Of a stretch of DNA of 64,000 nt, positions 24,801-36,200 are shown one piece after another (the first letter of the stretch is position 1; each line of letters opens with the position of its first letter). Location: positions 23,076,070 through 23,140,069 of the forward strand of contig NC_092671.1 in NCBI RefSeq assembly GCF_964355755.1. Direction: 5' to 3'. The translations under genes were made by a program, and so were the position numbers. Under the pieces are notes generated by a model. The model worked only from the letters and a program-made list of their open reading frames with translations, did no database searches and had not been told where the DNA came from. The stretch is from Antedon mediterranea. Its lineage: Eukaryota > Animalia > Echinodermata.

Positions 24801-26054
24801 CCATTTATCCTCTTTTTGTGAAAAGGAGCCAAAGAACAAGTCATGCGCCCCGAAGGAGTCAGACGTAGTAAACCTACGGAAATCGGTTGGTGCGATGTCA
24901 GTCGCACCCAAGACGTTAACGCGACGGGCCGCGGCCGCATATAATGAGATCGTTGCCTGTTGATCAACAACCAGGCCCATGATCTGCTGTAGTAGAGCTA
25001 TCACGTCCGAATCGCCCTGGGGCGGATGTTCTGGATCAGCCAGAAAGGATAGCAAGTACCCGGCCATAGAGGCGGCTCTAAGCGTCTCGTGTGCGGCCCT
25101 GTCGACGGACGTAAGGACGTCCTCTGTTCGGGATTCCGAAGGCTTCAAAAAATTAGTCCTGGACGGGTCCAGGTTCTGGTCCTCACGGACCCGTTCCTTC
25201 GCTGCCTCCAGGACGCTCGGCGCCGCGATGTACAGATCGAATTGCTTCTGCGGCACCGGAAAAGCCGATGAAAGGCTATAAGGCATAGGCCTACAAATCT
25301 TGGACTCTCTAGCGATCAGCTCCACACGTTCTACAAGTTCAGGATCGAGAGGCGTAACCGGACACAAAGATACCTTCTTAAAGGGCGTGCGTACGCCAAA
25401 AGTAGAATACCGCTTAGAAGAAGGAGTATGCTTAGGCTCACAATACGTGAAGTCGACGCCGAGAAAGGACAGCACCGCGGGGACCGTCCGCATAACTAGC
25501 GCCTGCAGACCTTCCTCCCCTGACCCGGCCTGCTCTCGTAAGCTATCTCTATCATCGTCAGAGAGCGAGGCCATCGTCCTGTCACTATCGTAGTCCCTTT
25601 GCCGGACGGACGAACCATCGAAAAATGAGGTCTGCTGTGGGCCAACATCAATGTATGGAATATGGGGAGGAGGTCTACTCTGAGAGGGTACCTCAGGCTC
25701 ATCCCTCGGCAGAGCTCTCACAGCTGCAACAATGGCTTGCAGTAACCCCGGAGAAATCTCATTCACCCCCGGAACCGCAGAGGCCGCAGCCGGTGCAGGC
25801 ATATCTGGAAGGCTAACTTCCGGCGCGATGGCAGGAAGGCCTGCCGTATCGGCGGTACCCACCTCCGGAGGTGGTACAGCTTCTGTGCGCTCTTTAGGCT
25901 TAGGGAGCGATTTGAACTTGGACGGTGTCCAGCGGATACAAACATCGCACGGCGACAACTCGGTACACGTGCGGCAATTTATGCACTCCAAGTGGCGGTC
26001 CCACTTCACGGTAGAGCCGGGACCCCTACATTTAACACACTCCTGCTTAGGCAT
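21882..26054 (-). CDS. DIRS gag (N-terminal Cys/His finger) continuous with tyrosine recombinase, 1390 aa
   Basis: N-terminal CxxC..HxxCxxCxxC..CxxC. C-terminal SAM-like/YR motifs STLAVY..W, KRRGEL, CPVRAL, HQVR, W and Y (SHY). Confidence 0.88.
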   Translation of the reverse strand: MPKQECVKCRGPGSTVKWDRHLECINCRTCTELSPCDVCIRWTPSKFKSLPKPKERTEAVPPPEVGTADTAGLPAIAPEVSLPDMPAPAAASAVPGVNEISPGLLQAIVAAVRALPRDEPEVPSQSRPPPHIPYIDVGPQQTSFFDGSSVRQRDYDSDRTMASLSDDDRDSLREQAGSGEEGLQALVMRTVPAVLSFLGVDFTYCEPKHTPSSKRYSTFGVRTPFKKVSLCPVTPLDPELVERVELIARESKICRPMPYSLSSAFPVPQKQFDLYIAAPSVLEAAKERVREDQNLDPSRTNFLKPSESRTEDVLTSVDRAAHETLRAASMAGYLLSFLADPEHPPQGDSDVIALLQQIMGLVVDQQATISLYAAAARRVNVLGATDIAPTDFRRFTTSDSFGAHDLFFGSFSQKEDKWAREREARRETRARFPQKRRASNSRSRTAARPPPVPAAPQQMQPPPPPPAQPMQSQASTSRQASHPPRAHDGPRSTAPERSCGACSKRTTYDPGTRIHRFPRPEKIGRLATHPKPQKSEQAVHPATQVQDGDCLIYPVGAKTRGLGSHNRLERRLLSRAYCARAPELAALPHSRSGIPIRSSAVRPLNGPTSVYSSSENPGGVLPSTRVLRRLVDRGPVQGPAVKQLIFCPPRDGTSRVHNKRGKVMSSSFSEPSVSRSPNKFCYGPCVPIHRACGQGKNCSATSYQCSGSDGVRLATHLRVTSQLRRPRSVLPVEDAASTSAPSGSLPPEIRPSIQSGSNECVHYLASRMVARGRQVTCGNTYTKVNSGCPCGNGRIRSRLGRSHTVSGHSRLRPLVARGDARPHQPAQTLGSRALVGGSSSPSGKSPCSRQFRQHNRCGIHKQARGHTVPHAMLPHVDVANVVYKTQHPTVSGPHCGSSEHSGGRTVPSTSTSHGMASPSNNLHPNLQPLWAAPCRSVCDVRQHAAPDVLQSISGCTCVGGGCPVHTMGQPLGICFSTDFNTATGPDAHSAPSMPSPTNSAVLAQAAVVSTATRPSVRSAVTSSDSERLADAGPSSVCSTKPHIPRPDCMAIVRDRFRDSGIPDGPAALAAKSRRESTLAVYNSQLKHFFKWCKRQKTDPMKITLGQVCAFLHYLFESGLQIRTISGYRSALGAVIPNFEDGSTISSSPAISSLLRGMFRERPPTKALIPRWDVNVVLAALMRPPFEPLSRASLYNLSLKTAFLIALASCKRRGELHALSLEPGHIRFERGGARLVFRKDFLAKSQTLNFSPPTVFIPTIAAYSGVEEDRLWCPVRALKFYIKRTESIRVSASHLFVSTVAPFRPAARSTLANWVVAAIRAGYDSTNTPPPAHMHQVRGIAASWALFAGVPLPDILQAAWWRSQSTFTSHYLSDTSANQSTVAASILKPRH
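22799..24970 (-). CDS. DIRS pol: reverse transcriptase, RNase H and Dam-like methyltransferase domain
   Basis: RPILNLK, IDLKDAYFHVPI, LPFGLSTAPRVF, YLDD, TDAS..GWG, HIN.L.L, SDN.T, N..AD.LSR, VDLFAT..N and YAFPP motifs. Confidence 0.93.
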   Translation of the reverse strand: MLINRQRSHYMRPRPVALTSWVRLTSHQPISVGLLRLTPSGRMTCSLAPFHKKRINGLVRGKLVGRPERASRKNVGLAIHAQGQPHDRRQSLLLLSRCSLPRRHQLSLCKARLLRQDRLHTPLALMTGLEALLQKGAVVHVQKEQLTIPGHESTVFLAQKKSGDWRPILNLKSLNKRYIRPRRFRMETVSSILLGLRRGDWAATIDLKDAYFHVPIVQEHQSWLRFRIHDQVYQFVALPFGLSTAPRVFTRLVRTLAAFFHQHVYLDDWLIVAQSRDQLLNSLSFVRLVTEQAGFIINEEKSCLLPSQNPLYLGAQINFVTGRACPSIERVAKARTAVLHLINAQAPTAYDWLRTLGSLASFVALVPFCRLRMRPLHLHLLAAYRPKSDPLYKVVPTNAFIISHLEWWLVEDRLLVGTPIQRSIPDVRVETDASEVGWGGHIPSPDIRVSGLWSPEETRAHINLLKLWAVERSLEALLPHLANRHVLVNSDNTTVVAYINRQGGTRSPTLCCHTWTLLMWCTRHNIQLSVAHIAGRLNIVADALSRPLLRPTEWRLLPIISTQIFNHFGRPHVDLFATSGNTQLPTFCSRYRDAHAWAVDALSIPWDNLWAYAFPPISILPLVLTHIQRHQCRVLLIAPYWPRQLWFPLLLGLLYDQPLRLPIRNDLLTQGRARFALPNLISLDLTVWPLSGIASETQAFQMARPPSRRNPDGNPLLLSTIAN

Positions 26055-26982
26055 GGTGATCTAACAGACCTACTTTTACCCACTAGCCTAACGAACAACA
26101 AAAGATCTTCCAGTATTTCTATCCAGGTGAAACACACTGGATAACGGCTTACAACGCTAAATTTTAACTCCTGGCAACTAGCCAAGGGTAACGATTCTAA
26201 ACGTATCCAACCACAAGATAACAATCTACTACACTTAGCTTCGTTTTCTTGCTCTATTCTTCTCTTCCAGTCTACAGTATTAAAGTCTTTATCGCAAATT
26301 CTTCAGGAATTCCAGGAATGTGTTCATAAAAAGACGTACGTACACAACGACGTTACGAAAAGAAATGATGACGATGATAAGTGGGTGTGTCTCACTTGAG
26401 GGTGTACTGGTGGCGGACTGATCCATTATCCGACGGGGGTGGGGAAAAATTAATGTTATTAATGTTCTTCTTTTCGTAATGTTTACCTCTCGTCGGAGAG
26501 AGAGGCTTATGTTGGTTTATCCAGGTAAGCTAGGCACGATATAGACTGATATTTTCAATGGTGATATATAAAACAAATTACTAAAAAATGTAATTATATG
26601 TAATTATTTTAACCAAAAATGGCGTAGTTAATAGATATGTCGACTGAGGCCGCAAATTGTTTTACTTCTTTCGTGGCTAAAAACGATCATTTTCGGCGAT
26701 GTTTTAGACCCTATATTTCGAAAACTACAAGTCAGATTTTCCTAATTCTTTCTTTATTGTAATATGAATACAACATACTAACAGATAATGTTGGTTTGGT
26801 TTTAATTTTGCATCGTTATCCCATATAAGACAATATGACTATGTAATCCTAGAACATACATTGATCAGAGACGTCGTGTATGTACAGATAATGACACCAA
26901 TTTTGTCGGCAAATTGGCAATTCCCGCCCCCCCCCCCCCCCCCCCCCAACTTCAAAATCCTGGATACGCCACTGGCAAGAAG

Positions 26983-27730
26983 CAGTGCGATGTGATTTAC
27001 ACCGATTTCTCTATTGGCTTTTGATTTCGTTTCTCATGATTTGCTTATTTTTAAACTTTCAAAATTTGGTTTATCCGGTTCACTTTTAAGATGGCTTGAA
27101 AGCTATTTAAGTAATAGACAACAGCGTGTTGTCATTGGGAGAGAGACATCCGATTGGCTCCCTGTGTTATCGGGCGTTCTGCAGGGCTCGACCCTGGGCC
27201 TACTTTTATTTAATTTATTTATCAACGATCTTCCTTTAATATCTAATCAGTCTCTGTTGTTTGCTGACGATCTGAAATTGTTTAAAGTGATTACTACTCC
27301 ACAGGATGCTTTTTCACTTCAGGAGGATCTGGATGGTCTTGTGGAATGGAGGGAGAATTGGGGGCTAAAACTTAATGCTAATAATGCAAATATAAAACTT
27401 TAAAAAACCTGTGCTATTCAATTATAATTTGAATGGACATGATCTTGAGATGGTTTATGTACACAAAGATTTAGGTATTTTTATTGATAGTAAATTAAAT
27501 TTTTGTTCACATATTAATCATGTGTTGTCAAAAGCTAATAGAATGATGGGCTTAATATGAAGAAATTTAAGGTTTATGAATGATGGCAGGGCACTTTTAT
27601 CTTTATACAAATCTATTATACGTATTCACCTTGAATATTGTTCCGTAATTTTCAATTCAATTTTTCCATGTCAGGCCAGTCGAATCGACGCTGTTCAACA
27701 GAAGTTTGTGCGATTCCTGTCTTATAACTG
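26983..27730 (+). mobile_element. CR1-like LINE RT, part 2 (decayed)
   Basis: Resumes QCDVIYTDFS..AFD, then SGVLQGSTLG, FINDLP, LFADD and KDLG, with later stops and frameshifts. Confidence 0.88.
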
Positions 27731-27779
27731 TTAATTTTGCTTTTTCCATTGATTCTGTCAGCTATCGTCGAACGATATC

Positions 27780-28095
27780 TGATATGTGATGACGACTTAT
27801 GGAGATATGATTGATTGTGATTTCACAAAATGGCGTATAAATGAGTGATCATGCTGAAAAGCTTATTAGGGTGGTTAAGGTTTGAAAGATATTGTGAAAT
27901 TTTGGTGATAATTAACATTTAACTTTTTGAGATAATAATTAATTACACAAAACTTGTACAGAGAGAAATAAATAAAAACAAAGATTTTATAGGTGATCCT
28001 TTTATTCCAAATGATCACCTAATAATAATAAAGATTTTATATAGTAACAATAGGTGATCATTTTAATATTCTAAATGACTAAATGAACACCTAAT
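27780..28095 (+). mobile_element. 3' fragment of the Helentron-like family with two terminal hairpins
   Basis: Matches the 3' end of the array units. taggtgatc...gatcaccta hairpin at about 27989, and a degenerate one at about 28051. Confidence 0.75.
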
Positions 28096-28127
28096 TAAGG
28101 TCATAGAAAAGTGCCAATTTGACATAC

Positions 28128-28230
28128 CTGTGAAAGTTGGTTTTTTAATAATTCCAGTATTGTAGCATCGTACCAAAGATCATCTTTTTTCCTCTTAGCC
28201 AATACTTTCATGTCTTTCACAAGCTCCGGA
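28128..28230 (-). CDS. SETDB1: SETDB1-like exon, first Tudor domain (PELVKDMKVLAKRKKDDLWYDATILELLKNQLSQ)
   Basis: Minus strand tttctcAG|...CAG|GTatgt, 103 nt, ends in phase 0 and joins in frame to the 19345 exon. Resembles the SETDB1 segment MRILGKKRTKTWHKGTL as I recall it. Confidence 0.8.
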
Positions 28231-29984
28231 CTGAGAAATACAATTTGCAACAAAATAGAAAAAGTTATAAATAATCTCTAATTATTAGGTGCCTTCAGTA
28301 AATTAGAAAAGAAGAAAACATTCATATTTTTGTTATGAATGTAATGTGAATGTGATCAATCAACCATTCTAATTACTGCATTTCATTAATCACAAGCTAA
28401 AGCACCATTTCACAACATGCCTTCCAAACAAAGCCAGAGTGCTACCACGTATTTTAAGCAATACAGGATATTGTCTTTTGACTGTTTATGTTCCAGAGAA
28501 ATGCATTTTGGGAAATAACTTTTGACGGTACATCATCACAGCAAACCTGCAGCGAAAGTTACCTATTTTTTTTAAATCAGGGAACATAGGGCCGCTACTG
28601 TAAATTGTGTCAAACATTTAATAAAAACATTCCATACATGTTCCACAAATCTGGCGTCATGGCCCAACCCCAATCTTTTTCACCATTCTCAATTTTATAT
28701 CGCACCACATCTTTAGGCAGTTACAGTCCAGGAGACGGAATCATTACAAAACAGTATCAATGCGGAAGCTATTATAGTACTGACACGGACGATCTGCATT
28801 TTTGGATCCTTGGGTATAAGTCCATACCACAAATGACATGATTACCCAAGGTCAAAAACAGCACATAATTTACAGCAATTCTAAGATATACAATGAAATG
28901 TCATTATAATATATCAATATCCAACCATATTATTTTGTTGTTTTTAATCATCTACGGTAATCATGGCATGGGTCACTTTTTATTCTGATGAGCAGATTAA
29001 AATATACTGTATAAAATCAAGTAAATCGCGTTATTCTACATTTTTTTTCAACTCAACGCATGTGAAAGAGAATTGATTGACATATTAAAATCTAGGGCGA
29101 AATGGGGTAAGAATAAGCGCAATGCACTCTAATAAATGGGATTAACTAGTAATAAACTTCCATAATAAGTTTAAAAAATAGGGGTAATCGCTCATCCTGA
29201 GGAGCTATAACTGATGCAAAATAGGTATATTTTTGTACAAATTTTGTAGTACACGATTATTAAAGTTTAATTGTAAATCCAGACAATCGTGATCGTCTAA
29301 TCTGTGATACACACTGCTTTCTGAGTATCTGGATGCTTGGCACGCACAATACAGTCTAGTCCTATAGTCTGTACTGGTAGGCTAATAAAATGTCATTATA
29401 CTCGAGCATACAGAAAAGAAATAATAAAGTCGGTGTGTATTTCAGTTGAATTACATTAGTTTATTGTAAGCAGTGGGAAAGCCACTTCGCGATTTGACCG
29501 TTAAATCGTGTAAAATCGAATTACTTCCGCATTAGCAATTTTGATGTGCCCTCTGTCGTTGAAAACTGAAACCAGGAATTTGTGTCGCCTAGCAAATAAA
29601 TGCTGTTTTATTTAAAGCTCTCATGAATATTTAAGACCCGCCCCACATTTCCTATTATGGTAAAACAAGTATAGTTTGATAACCAATCGCTTTCTTTCAG
29701 AACAAACCGAAGCTAATCAAAGCATTTGGCGGTAGAAGTCGAGACACGTAAAATGCACGAATGTGGGATGATTTGTCTTCTGTTTTGTTGTCATTTTTCT
29801 GAATAGTCTGAGGTGCATACCCACAAATAAAAACAATTTTAATCAATTGTTGTATAAAGAGTAATATTAGTTTTATCGAATGGGAGATATTTCTAACCTG
29901 TTCAAATTTCTTTTCTAGCTGTTATAATGTTTATGGCGTCGCGAGTCTTATTACAAGTTTTTGGGAGTGGGGTAATTTGGTCCT

Positions 29985-30072
29985 TAGAAAAAATCCTGAC
30001 ATGTGACGGGACTTCAACCCAGGACCCTTGGAGTGGTAGACAAGCATCATAACCACCAAGCCACAACTCCAC
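29985..30072 (-). mobile_element. tRNA-derived SINE head (degenerate)
   Basis: Minus strand gtggcttggtggtta (A box) ... gggttgaagtccc (B-box-like) followed by a T run. Confidence 0.5.
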
Positions 30073-30236
30073 TCCTATAGGAGGTATAGGATGAGATGGG
30101 AACGCGTGTTCTATGTGTCGCCTGTGGGGGTTTATCAGGTCGTTAACGTACGACATATCATACCTCTCTGGACCTAGGCCTATGAGGCCTAGCTAGCCTA
30201 TGAGTTTTGTTATAATATTTAGTAATAATAATAATA

Positions 30237-33200
30237 ACTAGAATTTAATTCGTCACTTTGACGAATTATAGGTGATCATTTTTATCGCTTTACTTACATT
30301 AATATTTGTTAAACATGCACGTACGTTAACATACAATAGGAAAATGTTGATGTATACTATCCTGTTATACGCTTATAGTGCTGAGTTGTGCCTGTTATGT
30401 GTCATATACAATATGTACAGTATATACTGTATATCTATATACAGTGTAGCATAGGTGAAATTTCGGGACCCACATCATGTTCAAATTTTTTGGTATGATG
30501 GAATTATCAAAATAAACTCGAAGATGACAATTTCGAAAGATAATGAATTGAGCAAATACATATAAGAATTGGAAGAGAATTTGACACGTAGAAGCGCAAT
30601 GCGCGCTCTTTGAAATTTGTATAACTTCGACTAAAGAAATTTAAAAACAACGTTTTAACTTCAACTGGCCATATGATAACATCACAACATCCGATAGGCT
30701 TAATTTTTATATGAATTCATATCTAAATTTCATCAGCTTTCATAATAAGTTATTAATTTTCAAGGTCACTTCTAATTCTGAGGAGCTGTAAGATATTCAA
30801 ATATACGATGAAGGTGAAATTACTTGACCCAGGTTATTTAAGTTTTTAGGCGTGATGACGTCATCATAATGAAAATGGTGGCGACTCATGATAAAGATAA
30901 TTAATTTAGCAAGCAGATACTGAAATTTGAGCGAAAATTAGGATTAAATAATGGAGATGCGCTCTATTGAATGTGATAACCTACACAAAAAGATAAAAAT
31001 TCCTAATTTTTAAATTCAAGTGGCTATTTGATGACGTCATACCATTTTGTACGTCTAATGTGTACATGAATATGTATCTACAACCAAATAGCTTCCTGAA
31101 TAAGTAAACAGAATTGGGGGTCACCTGCCATTCTGAAGAGTTATATTCATTTTAAAAAGGCCTTATTTTTCACCATTTTCATCACTTTGATGCAATTAAT
31201 TTGCGCATTTTGTCATTTTTAACGTGCTCGTATAGCGTTATTTTAGGTCGGAACTGACTCAAATTTGGTGAATGTACTAAGGATGGTGAGTAGAATGAGA
31301 TTTGTAAAAAAAATTCATATTTTTTACGCTTTTTAAGTATCGCGCGCGCAAAATTTTTTTTTGCGCAGTAATTTTTTGAAACATGCAAATGGCCTAATTC
31401 ATGCTCTAAATTGATCAAAACTTAATTTTGAGCATTTTAAATTTTTAACGCGCGATTTCACGCGCATGACCCTACATGCACGTGCGTTTTTATTTGCTAA
31501 TATATTTACCCTTGACCTGAAGTTTACGTGTTGTGAATTTCGTTAATATGTGATAATGAATTATGGAGATATGATTGATAATGTGATTTCACAAAATGGC
31601 GTATAAATGACGTCACGGATAAGTTATCACGATGAAAAGCTTATTAGGACTAAGTTAAAGTATTTGAAAGACATTGTGTAATTTTGGTAATCATTGACAT
31701 TAAACTTTTTGAGATATTTGTTACACAAAATCTGTACAGAAAGAAATTGCGAAGAAACATTTTTTTTTGACAAAAACAATTTCTCACTAGAATTTAATTC
31801 GTCACTTTGACGAATTATAGGTGATCATTTTTATCATTTTAATGAAATTAACACTTTTTAAACATGCATGTACGTTAACATACGATCGTAAAAAGTTGAT
31901 GTACGCCATCCTATGACATGATGCATATACACTTATAGTGCTGTTGTACCTATTATGTTTCATATACAATAATGTACAGTAAATACTGTATATCTATATA
32001 CAGTGTAGCATAGGTGAAATTACGGGACCCACATCTTGCTCTATTTTTTTGGTGTTATGGAATTATCAAAATAAACTCGAAGATGACAATTTCGAAAGAT
32101 AATGAATTGAGCAAATAAATATAAGGATTGGAAGAGAATTTGACACGTAGAAGCGCAATGCGCGCTCTTTGAAATTTGTATAACTTCGACTAAAGAAATT
32201 AAAAAACTACTTTTTAACTTCAACTGGCCATATGATAACATCACAACATCCGATTTTTATATGAATTCATATCTACATTTCATCAGCTTTCATAATAAAT
32301 TATAATCTTCATGGTCACCTTTAATTCTGAGGAGCTATAAGATATTCAAATGTATGGTGTAGCTGAAATTACACGACCTAGGTTATTCAAGTTTTTACGC
32401 GTGATGACGTCATCACAATAAAAATGTTGACAACTCACGAGAAAGATAATTAATTGAGCAAGCACATACTAAAATGTGTGCGAAAATCGGGCTCAAATAA
32501 CGGAGATGCGCTCTATTGAATGTGATAACCCACACAAAAAAGATAAAAATTACTAATTTTTAAATTCAAGTGGCCATTTGATGACGTCATACCATTTTGT
32601 ACGTCTAATATGTATATATATTTATATCTACAACTTATTGGCTTCCATAATAAGTTAAAAAAATTGGGGGTCACCTGCCATTCTGAAGAGTTATATTCAT
32701 TTTAAAAAGGCCTTATTTTTTACCATTTTTAGCACTTTTGTACAATTAATGTGCGCATTTTGTCATTTTTAACGTGCTTGTATAGCGTTATTTTAAGTCG
32801 GAATGGACTCAAAGTCGGAGAATGTACTAAGGATTGTGAGTAGAATATGATGTATACATCAAATTTTATTTTTTACCCTTTTTAAAAATCGCGTGCGCGA
32901 AAATGTGTTTTTACGCAGTAATTTTTTGAAACACGCAAATGGCCTATTTCATGCTCTAAATTGATAAAACTAAATTTTGAGCTTTTTAAAATTTCAACGC
33001 GCAATTTCACGCGCATGACCTTGAAACGGCCGAGTTTTTATTTGCTAATATTTTTTACCTTGACCTCAAGTTTACGTGTAGTGATTTTCATTAATATGTG
33101 ATAATGAATTATGGAGATATGATTGATAATGTGATTTCACAAAATGGCGTATACGTGACGTCACGGATGAGTGATCACGCTGAAAAGCTTATTATGGCTA

Positions 33201-36200
33201 AGTTAAAGTACTTGAAAGACAATGTGAAATTTTGGTAATCATTGACATTAAACTTTTTGAGATATTTGTTACACAAATTTGTACAGAGAGAAATAAATAA
33301 TAAGAATAAGAAGAAGAACTAGAATTTAATTCGTCACTTTGACGAATTATAGGTGATCATTTTTATCATTTTAATGAAATTAACATTTTTTAAACATGCA
33401 CGTACGTTAACATATGATCGTAAAAAGCTGATGTACGCCATCCTATGACATGATGCATATACACTTATAGTGCTGTTGTACCTATTATGTTTCATATACA
33501 ATATGTACAGTAAATACTGTATATCTATATACAGTGTAGCATAGGTGAAATTACGGGACCCACATCATGCTCTATTTTTTTGGTATGATGAAATTATCAA
33601 AATAAACTCGAAGATGACAATTTCGAAAGATAATGAATTGAGCAAATAAATATAAGGATTGGAAGAGAATTTGACACGTAGAAGTGCAATGCGCGCTCTT
33701 TGAAATTTGTATAACTTCGACTAAAGAAATTTAAAAACTACTTTTTAACTTCAACTGGCCATATGATAACATCACAACATCCGATAGGCCTAATATTTAT
33801 ATGAATTCATATCTACGTTTCATCAGCTTTTATAATAAATTATAATCTTCAAGGTCATCTTTAATTCTGAAGAGCTGTAAGATATTCAAATGTATGGTGT
33901 AGCTGAAAATACACGACCTAGGTTATTCAAGTCTTTACGCATAATGCCGTCATCAAAACGAAAATGTTGACAACTCCTGAGAAAGATAATTAATTGGGCA
34001 AACACATCCTAAAATTTGTGCGAAAATCGGGCTTAAATAAAGGAGATGGGCTCTGTTGAATGTGATAACCCACACAAAAACATAAAAATTACTAATTTTT
34101 AAATTCAAGTGGCCATTTGATGACGTCATTCCATTTTGTACGTCTAATATGTATATATATTTATATCTACAACTTATTGGCTTCCATAATAAGTTAAAAA
34201 AATTTGGGGTCACCTTCCATTCTGAAGAGTTATATTCATTTTAAAAAGGCCTTATTTTTTACCATTTTTAGCACTTTTGTACAATTAATCTGCGCATTTT
34301 GTCATTTTTAACGTGCTCGTAGAGCACTATTTTAAGTCGGAATGAACTCAAATTTGGTGAATGTACTATGGAAGATGAGTCGAATGCAATTTGTACAAAA
34401 AAATGTTATTTTTTACGCTTTCTATGTACGCACGTGCAAAAACGTGTTTTTGCGCAGTAATTTTTTATAACACGCAAATGGCCTAATTCATGCTCTACAT
34501 TGATCAAAACGTAATTTTGAGCTTTTTAAATTTTTAACGCGCGATTTCATGCGCATGACCCTACGTGCGCGTGCATTTTTATTTGCTAATAATTTTACCC
34601 TTTACCTGAAGTTTATGTGTAGTGAATTTCATTAATATCTGATAATTAATTATGGAGATATGATTGATAATGTGATTTCACAAAATGGCGTATAAATGAC
34701 GTCACGGATGAGTGATCACGCTGAAAAGCATATTAGGACTAAGTTAAAGTATTTGAAAAAAATTCTGAAATTTTGGTAATCATTGACATTAAACTTTTTG
34801 AGATATTTGTTACACAAAATCTGTACAGAAAGAAATTGCGAAGAAACATTTTTTTTTTACAAAAACAATTTCTCACTAGAATTTAATTCGTCACTTTGAC
34901 GAATTATAGGTGATCATTTTTATCATTTTAATGAAATTAATTTTTTTTAAACATGTACGTACGTTAACATACGATAGGAAAATGTTGATGTATGCCATCC
35001 TATTATACGCTTATAGTGCTGAGTTATGCCTATTATATGCCATATACAATGTAACAGTATATACTGTATATCTATATACAGTGTAGCATAGGTGAAATTA
35101 TTGGACACACATCAAGTTCAAATTTTTTGGTATGATGGAATAATCAAAATAAACTCGAAGATGACAATTTCGAAAGATAATGAATTGAGCAAATAAATAT
35201 AAGGATTGGAAGAGAATTTGACACGTAGAAGCGCAATGCGCGCTCTTTGAAATTTGTATAACTTCGACTAAAGAAATTTAAAAACAACGTTTTAACTTCA
35301 ACTGGCCATATGATAACATCACAACATCCGATAGGCTTAATTTTAATATGAATTCATATTTACATTTCATCAGCTTTCATAATAAGTTATAATCTTCAAG
35401 GTCACCTTTAATTCTGAAGAGCTATAAGATATTCAAATGTAAGGTGTAGCTGAAATTACACGACCTACGTTATTCAAGTTTTTACGCATGATGACGTCAT
35501 CAAAATAAAAATGTTGACCACTCATTAGAAGAATAATTAATTGAGCAAGCACATACTAAAAGTTGTGCGAAAATCGGACTCAAATAACGGAGATGCGCTC
35601 TATTGAATGTGATAACCCTCACAAAAAGCTAAAAATTCCTAATTTTTAAATTCAAGTGGCCATTTGATGACGTCATACCATTTTGTATGTCTAATGTGTA
35701 TATACATTTGTATCTACAACTTATTGGCTTCCATAATAAGTTAAAAAAATTGGGGGTCACCTGCCATTCTGAAGAGTTATATTCATTTTAAAAAGTCCTT
35801 ATTTTTTACCATTTTTAGCACTTTTGTACAATTAATGTGCGCATTTTGTCATTTTTAACGTGCTCGTATAGCGTTATTTTTAGTCGAAATGGACTCAAAT
35901 TTGGTGAATGTACTATGGAAAATGAGTAGAACGCAATTTGTAAAAAAAAATGTATTTTTTACGCTTTCTATCTACGCACGCGCAAAAACGTGTTTTTGCG
36001 CAGTAATTTTTTAAAACACGCAAATGGCCTAATTCATGCTCTAAATTGATCAAAACTTAATTTTGAGCGTTTTAAATTTTTAACGCGCGATTTCACGCGC
36101 ATGACCCTAGGTGCGCGTGCGTTTTTATTTGCTAAAATTTTTACCCTTGACCTAAAGTTTACGTGTAGTGAATTTCATTAATATGTGATAATGAATTATT

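Larger units (their letters stand above)
21479..26547 (-). mobile_element. DIRS1-like tyrosine-recombinase retrotransposon, structurally complete
   Basis: 170-bp ITRs (21517-21686 / 26361-26530) with unique terminal extensions, ICR at 21722-21819, gag, RT/RH/MT and YR ORFs, and no TSD. Confidence 0.95.
20671..26974. mobile_element. hAT-type non-autonomous element hosting the DIRS insertion
   Basis: Perfect 15-bp TIR cagtggcgtatccag / ctggatacgccactg and 8-bp TSD gcaagaag at 20663-20670 and 26975-26982. Confidence 0.9.

Noticed and set aside
22936-26064. Plus-strand ORFs antisense to DIRS (e.g. 23091..23651, 25732..26064)
   Set aside because: Expected shadows of GC-rich coding sequence, with no recognisable motifs.
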